64,000 nucleotides of DNA from assembly GCF_003918875.1 (NCBI RefSeq), contig NW_025765337.1, positions 1-64,000 on the forward strand, written 5' to 3'. This DNA is from Haliotis rubra (taxonomy: Eukaryota). Each line of letters starts with the position of its first letter. The first letter of the stretch is position 1. Positions 57,195 through 64,000 of this stretch are shown here, piece after piece. The translations under genes were made by a program, and so were the position numbers. The notes below the pieces were generated by a model. That model saw only the letters and a list, made by a program, of their open reading frames with translations, was not told where the DNA came from and ran no database searches.

Positions 57195-59800
57195 TTGCAC
57201 ATGGTGAGCTGAACAGTGACCATGCTGACAGTGTCATCTTACTGTGTGGTGATATGAATTAAAGGACTGGTAGTGAGATGGATGACGTTGAAGATGACAG
57301 TATTGACTACCTTACTGTGTGGACTGGTAGTGAGGTGGACGACGGTGAAGATGACAGTATTGACTACCTTACTGTGTGGTGATATGAATTCAAGGACTGG
57401 TAGTGAGATGGATGACGTTGAAGATGACAGTATTGACTACCTTACTGTGTGGACTGGTAGTGAGGTGGACGACGGTGAAGATGACAGTATTGACTACCTT
57501 ACTGTGTGGTGATATGAATTCAAGGATTGGTAGTGAGTCGGATGACGTTGAAGATGACAGTGACCATGCTGACAGTGTCATCTTACTGTGTGGTGATATG
57601 AATTCAAGGATTGGTAGTGAGTCGGATGACGTTGAAGATGACAGTATTGACTACCTTACTGTGTGGACTGGTAGTGAGGTGGACGACGGTGAAGATGACA
57701 GTATTGACTACCTTACTGTGTGGTGATATGAATTCAAGGACTGGTAGTGAGATGGATGACGTTGAAGATGACAGTATTGACTACCTTACTGTGTGGACTG
57801 GTAGTGAGGTGGACGACGGTGAAGATGACAGTATTGACTACCTTACTGTGTGGTGATATGAATTCAAGGATTGGTAGTGAGTCGGATGACGTTGAAGATG
57901 ACAGTATCGACTACCTTACTGTGTGGTGATATGAATTCAAGGACTGGTAGTGAGTCGGATGACGTTGAAGATGACAGTATTGTCTACCTTACTGTGTGGT
58001 GATATGAATTCAAGGACTGGTAGTGAGATGGATGACGTTGAAGATGACAGTATCGACTACCTTACTGTGTGGTGATATGAATTCAAGGACTGGTAGTGAG
58101 GTGGATGATGTTGAAGATGACAGTATCGACTACATTACTGTGTGGTGATATGAATTCAAGGACTGGTAGTGAGGTGGATGACGTTGAAGATGATTGTATC
58201 GACTACCTTACTGTGTGGTGATATGAATTCAAGGACTGGTAGTGAGGTGGATGACGTTGAAGATGACAGTATCGACTACCTTACTGTGTGGACTGGTAGT
58301 CAGATGAATGATGGTGAAGATGACAGTATCGACTACCTTACTTTGTGGATTGGTAGTGAAATGGATGATGGTGAAGATGACAGTATCGACTACCTTACTT
58401 TGTCGACTGGTAGTGAGATGGATGACATTGAAGATGACAGTATCGACTACCTTACTGTGTGGTGATATGAATTAAAGGACTGGTAGTGAGATGGATGACG
58501 TTGAAGATGACTGTATCTCTACCTACCCCTTGAATACTTCATGTATGATGCAAACTGCCACCGATGAATGATGGTGAAGATGACAGTATCGACTACCTTA
58601 CTTTGTGGACTGGTAGTGAAATGGATGATGGTGAAGATGACAGTATTGACTACCTTACTGTGTGGACTGGTAGTGAGGTGGACGACGGTGAAGATGACAG
58701 TATTGACTACCTTACTGTGTGGTGATATGAATTCAAGGACTGGTAGTGAGATGGATGACGTTGAAGATGACAGTATTGACTACCTTACTGTGTGGACTGG
58801 TAGTGAGGTGGACGACGGTGAAGATGACAGTATTGACTACCTTACTGTGTGGTGATATGAATTCAAGGATTGGTAGTGAGTCGGATGACGTTGAAGATGA
58901 CAGTATCGACTACCTTACTGTGTGGTGATATGAATTCAAGGACTGGTAGTGAGATGGATGACGTTGAAGATGACAGTATTGACTACCTTACTGTGTGGTG
59001 ATATGAATTCAAGGATTGGTAGTGAGTCGGATGACGTTGAAGATGACAGTATCGACTACCTTACTGTGTGGTGATATGAATTCAAGGACTGGTAGTGAGT
59101 CGGATGACGTTGAAGATGACAGTATTGTCTACCTTACTGTGTGGTGATATGAATTCAAGGACTGGTAGTGAGATGGATGACGTTGAAGATGACAGTATCG
59201 ACTACCTTACTGTGTGGTGATATGAATTCAAGGACTGGTAGTGAGGTGGATGATGTTGAAGATGACAGTATCGACTACATTACTGTGTGGTGATATGAAT
59301 TCAAGGACTGGTAGTGAGGTGGATGACGTTGAAGATGACAGTATCGACTACCTTACTGTGTGGACTGGTAGTCAGATGAATGATGGTGAAGATGACAGTA
59401 TCGACTACCTTACTTTGTGGATTGGTAGTGAAATGGATGATGGTGAAGATGACAGTATCGACTACCTTACTTTGTCGACTGGTAGTGAGATGGATGACAT
59501 TGAAGATGACAGTATCGACTACCTTACTGTGTGGTGATATGAATTAAAGGACTGGTAGTGAGATGGATGACGTTGAAGATGACTGTATCTCTACCTACCC
59601 CTTGAATACTTCATGTATGATGCAAACTGCCACCCTCTGTACCTGAGCGAGGACAATGTCGTTAACAGTTATGGAAGCAACTCTTAGACTTGTGCAGATC
59701 ATTTAATGTCCATGTACTAAATGGAAGGTGGTTAGAAACATCTGGTGATGTTACCTATATTGGTCCCCGTGGTTTTGTTACTGTGTGTCTCATCATGGTT
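57195..59800 (+). mobile_element. LINE APE-endonuclease fragment expanded by an internal minisatellite
   Basis: VILLCGDMNSRTG motif, then after the array SEDNVVNSYG.QLLDLCRSFNVHVLNGR...GDVTYIGPRG. Confidence 0.75.
57240..59590. repeat. Minisatellite with 73-bp and 57-bp units and a ~1.07-kb higher-order duplication
   Basis: GGACTGGTAGTGAGATGGATGACGTTGAAGATGACAGTATCGACTACCTTACTGTGT(GGTGATATGAATTCAA); the exit sequence occurs at both ~58511 and ~59583. Confidence 0.95.
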
Positions 59801-59959
59801 GTATTCAACTGTGACTGACTTTAAAGTTATATCACGCTCTAAGTAGCAGTAACACTTCAGCTTTTCCATGACCAGAATGTGAATATATACTACCCATCAA
59901 AAGTATACACTCACTGGTGTAAATGTAGCCACTTACTTCAATCAACTGTTCTGAACTAT

Positions 59960-61376
59960 ACATTAAGAAACTGTGCATTGTCAAAATATTATCCCAGTTG
60001 ATAAGTACGATAACAATGTCAAACGTACATATAAACCTTAATGGAGGGATCATGAGACCATAACAAGTCGTGAGAATTTCAATTGAAAAGTCAATCACAA
60101 TGACGTCACGAGTCCAGAAGCAGGACAGGGGTCAAACGACCATGTCACAAGCTCAATAACGGGTATGTCCACCATCGGCATTGAGAACAGCAGTGCATCG
60201 ACGACGCCATAGAGCCTATCAAACGTGCAAGGAAGGCTTGTGGGAGGTCACGCCAGATTCTCTCAAGTTCTGTTGCAAGGTCAAGGACGTTATCTGGTGG
60301 ATGAGGTAGACGTCGATCCATCTCGTCCCAAACATGCTCTATCGGGGAGAGATCCGGTAAATTTGCAGGCCAAGGCAGTAAGTCAACATTGTGGTGTAGC
60401 AAGAAATCCATAGCAATCCTTGCCGTATGAGGGCGGGCATTGTCCTGTTGGAATGTTAACCCAGGGCCATGACGTTGTAGAAAAGGAATTGCCACAGGTC
60501 GAAGAATCTGATCCCTGTAGCCCACACCAGTTAAGTTGCCCTGAACAATCACCAAAGGAGTTCTTTGACGTGCTGTTATTCCACCCCAAATCATCACAGA
60601 ACCACCACCAAAGCGATTCCTCTCAAAGACACAGGCACGTTGACGTCCATCACTATGGGAAATGTTAAACCTGGACTCATCTGTAAAAACAACATTTCTC
60701 CACCAAAACAAAGGTCTGCGGACATGATTTCAGCACCACATTCGTGAGCTTGTCGATGACGCTTGTGTCAGGATAGGCCGTATGGCGGGACGTCGTGGTC
60801 TGATCCCGTGATGACGTAAACGTTGTCGAACTGTGTTGGGGTGGATACAGGCGCTAAGTCCTGGGAAGGTTCGGGCAGTGATTACTGCAGTCTGAAACCT
60901 GTGGTGCAGATGGGTCACCCTTATCCATCTGTCCCGTTGTTACACATGGACGTCCAGAACGTGGCTGATCGATGACGTCATTTGTGTTCTGGTAGCGTGT
61001 GCAGCCACTTGTCGTTGAGACATTCTCCCATGGACCATCCCAATGGCCTCATGACGTTGTGCAGACGTGAGCCTTGGCATGCTATGCGTTTCAATAGCCT
61101 TTAATTTTTTGAACAATCGCAAGGGCAGGGGTTGAGCTTTCCAAAGTGACAGTATTGTGTGGCATTCATTTGCTCAGTTTCTCTTTCCCGGAATGCACGT
61201 GCAACAACGTATTGCACGTCTCAAGGATGAACCCACTGACGTCACGGAACGTGGCAAGTGCATGCATGTTGGATACATGTCACTAATCTCTGAGTTTAAA
61301 TCCTTATGTGTCTACACAGGTTTGATAAATTTAGATTTTAAATTTTTGTAAGCACAGTTTCTTTATGTGCCTAGTA
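59960..61376 (-). mobile_element. Tc1/mariner transposon, copy B (same family as copy A, inverted)
   Basis: Intact TIR GCACAGTTTCTTTATGTGCCTAGTA at the right end, eroded at the left; sequence closely matches the reverse complement of 36387-37848. Confidence 0.92.
60153..61080 (-). pseudogene. Tc1 DD34E transposase (frameshifted, deleted)
   Basis: VVFTDESRF, FQQDNARPH, PDLSPIEHVW. Confidence 0.92.
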
Positions 61377-61949
61377 TATATTTTGCAAAATACTAAATAC
61401 TGTTGAAAGGTACTGTTTACACATGAACTGATGTATTGTAAAACAAATTCATAACGTTGAAAAGATTATTGTCATAGGTTCAATAAATGATGAAACTTAG
61501 TGAAAATTGGAGAATTCTTAACAAAGCTTTACACTAAAACGCAGCTGATTTTAGGAAGGATATTTGCACATGCTTTTCAGCAATTTGATGCATGATCCTC
61601 ATGCAATTCATCTGCATAAGATTTGCAGTTAGTTCCCCCAAGTTAGTACAGAAATTCATCTTCCATGTAACCATATATATATACCTCTTTTATTCTTAAT
61701 ATACATAAACGACATAGTTGATGGAATCGAAAGTAATATACTCCTTATCGCAGACGACACATCACTCTATCTAATAATCGACGATCCCCATACGAGTGCA
61801 TATATTCTTAACTCAGATTTAGACAGAATATCTAAATGGGCGGAAACCTGGCAAGTAAAATTTAATCCAAACAAAACTGAAACTATCCAGTTTTCACACA
61901 AAACGAAACCTTCTACGAAACCTCCCCTCTCGATGAATGGTACCCCTAT

Positions 61950-62504
61950 TGTTACGAGAGTGTTTTTTGTAATTTGTAATAACATTGGTTAGGTGATAAT
62001 AATTATGAGTCACAATGTTTAAAGTTTTGAGTGTTGGTTGTGGGTCACATTTTGAGTCATATATGTTCAGTGGCAACAGTATTTTAGCGGCACGCCTTTA
62101 TGATAGCGCTCCAGAATAACCTCCCTTGACCGGATGTTTATGTGTTGACATCGTCATGTCGTATGTTCAACACGCTTCGAGAAAGATTTAAGTGGTTAAT
62201 GATACAGCCATGCTTTGCTGGAAAGTTCGAGAATCTGTGTCAGTATATATAAAGGCTGGCTGTTGTGTTGTGTTGGCTCTGTGACTGCCAAGACTCGGGT
62301 GAGTTAATATTTTATATATGTGACCAATAACTTTAGATTTGTGACTCAATTGCATTGTATTAGAAATCTGTATTGTGATTCATTGTAGCTGGCCCATGGT
62401 TTGCTCAATATATTATTGAATATTTTAGACTTGTCTGTGTTATATTTTGCTGGTTCAAAGGGGATTCTTAAACCTTTTGTCACAGCAATTATTTAACCGT
62501 AACA
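61950..62504. mobile_element. Solo LTR (555 bp), probably Gypsy
   Basis: TGTTACG...CGTAACA termini; 4-bp TSD CTAT; internal TATATATAAAGG; removal restores the LINE frame (GTPINEV). Confidence 0.85.
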
Positions 62505-63220
62505 CTATAAATGAAGTGCAGATTCATAAACACTTAGGCATTATTTTTCAGGAAAACCAGTCCTTTGGCATTCCCACATTAATGAAATGATAAGGAAAAT
62601 TAGCCCTATGATTAATTACCTTCGTAGTTTTAAATATAGACTATCACGCAAAACTCTCGAAACAATGTATAAAAATTTATCTTACCTCTATTTGACTATT
62701 GCTGTCATCTCTGGGACAATTGTACAAACGAACAGTCCTTGTCACTAGAAAACCTTCACTTAGATGCCTTACACACAATATGCGGTGCAGTTAGGGGTAC
62801 GAGCCATGCGAATCTATATCATGAGACAAAACTGACTTCCTTATCGAAACGGAGAGAAACTTCTAAATTAACATTATTTTACAAAATGGTAAACCATATG
62901 GTTCCTGACTATCTTTGTGATCTTGCTCCAGGGAATGTTTCTGATAACAGTAACTACAATCTTAGGAATAATGAAAATTATCAGACTATAAGATGCAAAT
63001 CTACTAATTATGCCAAATCGTTTTTGCCCGATACAATTAAACTGTCGAATGACCTACCTACAAATGCTACAAACGCTTCCTCTGTTGGACAGTTTAAGAA
63101 TTCAATCACACCACAAGTTAATACCAACACAATGTTCGATCTAAATTTTGGTAGTCGATTTTGTCAAATAATACACTGCCGCCTTAGATTGGGATGCAGT
63201 GACTTAAACAGTGATAAGTA

Positions 63221-63772
63221 CAGTAGAACACAGATATAACGAACTCCAAGGGACCAAGAAATTTAGTTCGCTATATCCGTTGTTCGTTATTCACATTTGA
63301 CCGCCATCTTGGATTGTAGAGATGTAGACATTCACAAACATTGCCTATATCATGTTGATACATATGAAGTTTATTTGGCAATGGATACCGTCCTCGTCAA
63401 CAAAAACTTTCGTTTTTCATAACGTTGTGGCCGATTATTCAGCCTGCGGTGTTGAATGGGTTAAACACGATATGTTTGTTTTGTTAATTAATGAATGACC
63501 ATCAAACAATGTTGATTCACCGCCAACAAGATTGATGTATACTGTACCGCTAAGTGGCTGAGCTGACACTGAGTGAGTTCGCTAATCACGTCGTTAATTG
63601 GGTCTTGGGGGTAGTAAATCAGTTCGCTATAGCCGTTAATTCGCTACTCATGAGTTCGTTATTCACATATAATTTTAATGATATTATAAAGGACTGTTGA
63701 CGGGACTTTTAAATTTGTTCGCTATATCCGTTTGTACGCTATATCCGTGTTCGCTATAACCATGTTCTACTG
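63221..63772. mobile_element. Tc1/mariner (pogo/Tigger-like) MITE, 552 bp
   Basis: TIRs CAGTAGAACACAGATATAACGAAC / GTTCGCTATAACCATGTTCTACTG; TA TSD. Confidence 0.88.
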
Positions 63773-64000
63773 TATAATTGTTTCATTTCTGATAATGCTT
63801 CTTGTTCCTGCTCACAAGATTATGAGGATGTATTCCACTATTTTGTCATGTGTCCTAAATATAATACCATTCGATACGAATCGTATTTCTATGTGACAGG
63901 TTTCTCCCTGCGGGATGTGCTAAATGGCAATAACTCGGTATCTCATCAGATGAATATGGATATACTACGGTCAGTCCATCAATTCATTATTACATCAAAA

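Larger units (their letters stand above)
61685..63960 (+). mobile_element. CR1-like LINE ORF2 3' fragment interrupted by a solo LTR and a MITE
   Basis: LFLIYINDI...IADDTSLY...KWAETWQVKFNPNKT | HKHLGI...YNLRN...SFLP...RLRLGCSDLN | SCSC...EDVFHYFVMCPKY. Confidence 0.88.

Noticed and set aside
57273-59537. Acidic repeat (biomineralisation-like) protein
   Set aside because: The 73-bp unit shifts frame and contains stops; it derives from a LINE endonuclease segment
29215-59590. CRISPR-like appearance of the 34-37, 58 and 73-bp repeats
   Set aside because: Head-to-tail repeats with no unique spacers, no cas genes and a eukaryotic context

Overview
Eukaryotic, animal DNA, most likely a mollusc. 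A degraded SINE at ~20 kb resembles abundant abalone-type SINEs, which is recall rather than a search result. 1-19939 is the end of a tandem array of replication-dependent core histone genes. The unit is ~4.09 kb, ordered H4(-) H3(+) H2A(-) H2B(+), as two divergent pairs with no H1. All four genes share the same 3' stem-loop and a common downstream element. Each unit also carries a 139-146 bp N-masked segment, a telomere-like (CCCTAA)n tract, a G4 motif and a GC-rich hairpin-repeat cluster. Many copies have homopolymer/GG indels that look like long-read errors. The array stops abruptly inside the H2A/H2B promoter. The remaining 44 kb is almost all transposons and satellites. One degenerate LINE is stretched over ~21 kb by nested insertions: two minisatellites grown inside ORF2, a SINE, a foldback-like element holding a Tc1, and a Mag-type Gypsy that holds a younger Gypsy, a solo LTR and a MITE. 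The rest comprises a 7-kb 36-bp satellite, a second inverted Tc1 copy and further LINE fragments with MITE and solo-LTR insertions. No host genes other than histones were recognised, and I found no clear evidence of a novel multi-gene system. The best leads are LINE-seeded minisatellites, a testable U7 snRNA prediction, the masked per-unit segment and the foldback element.
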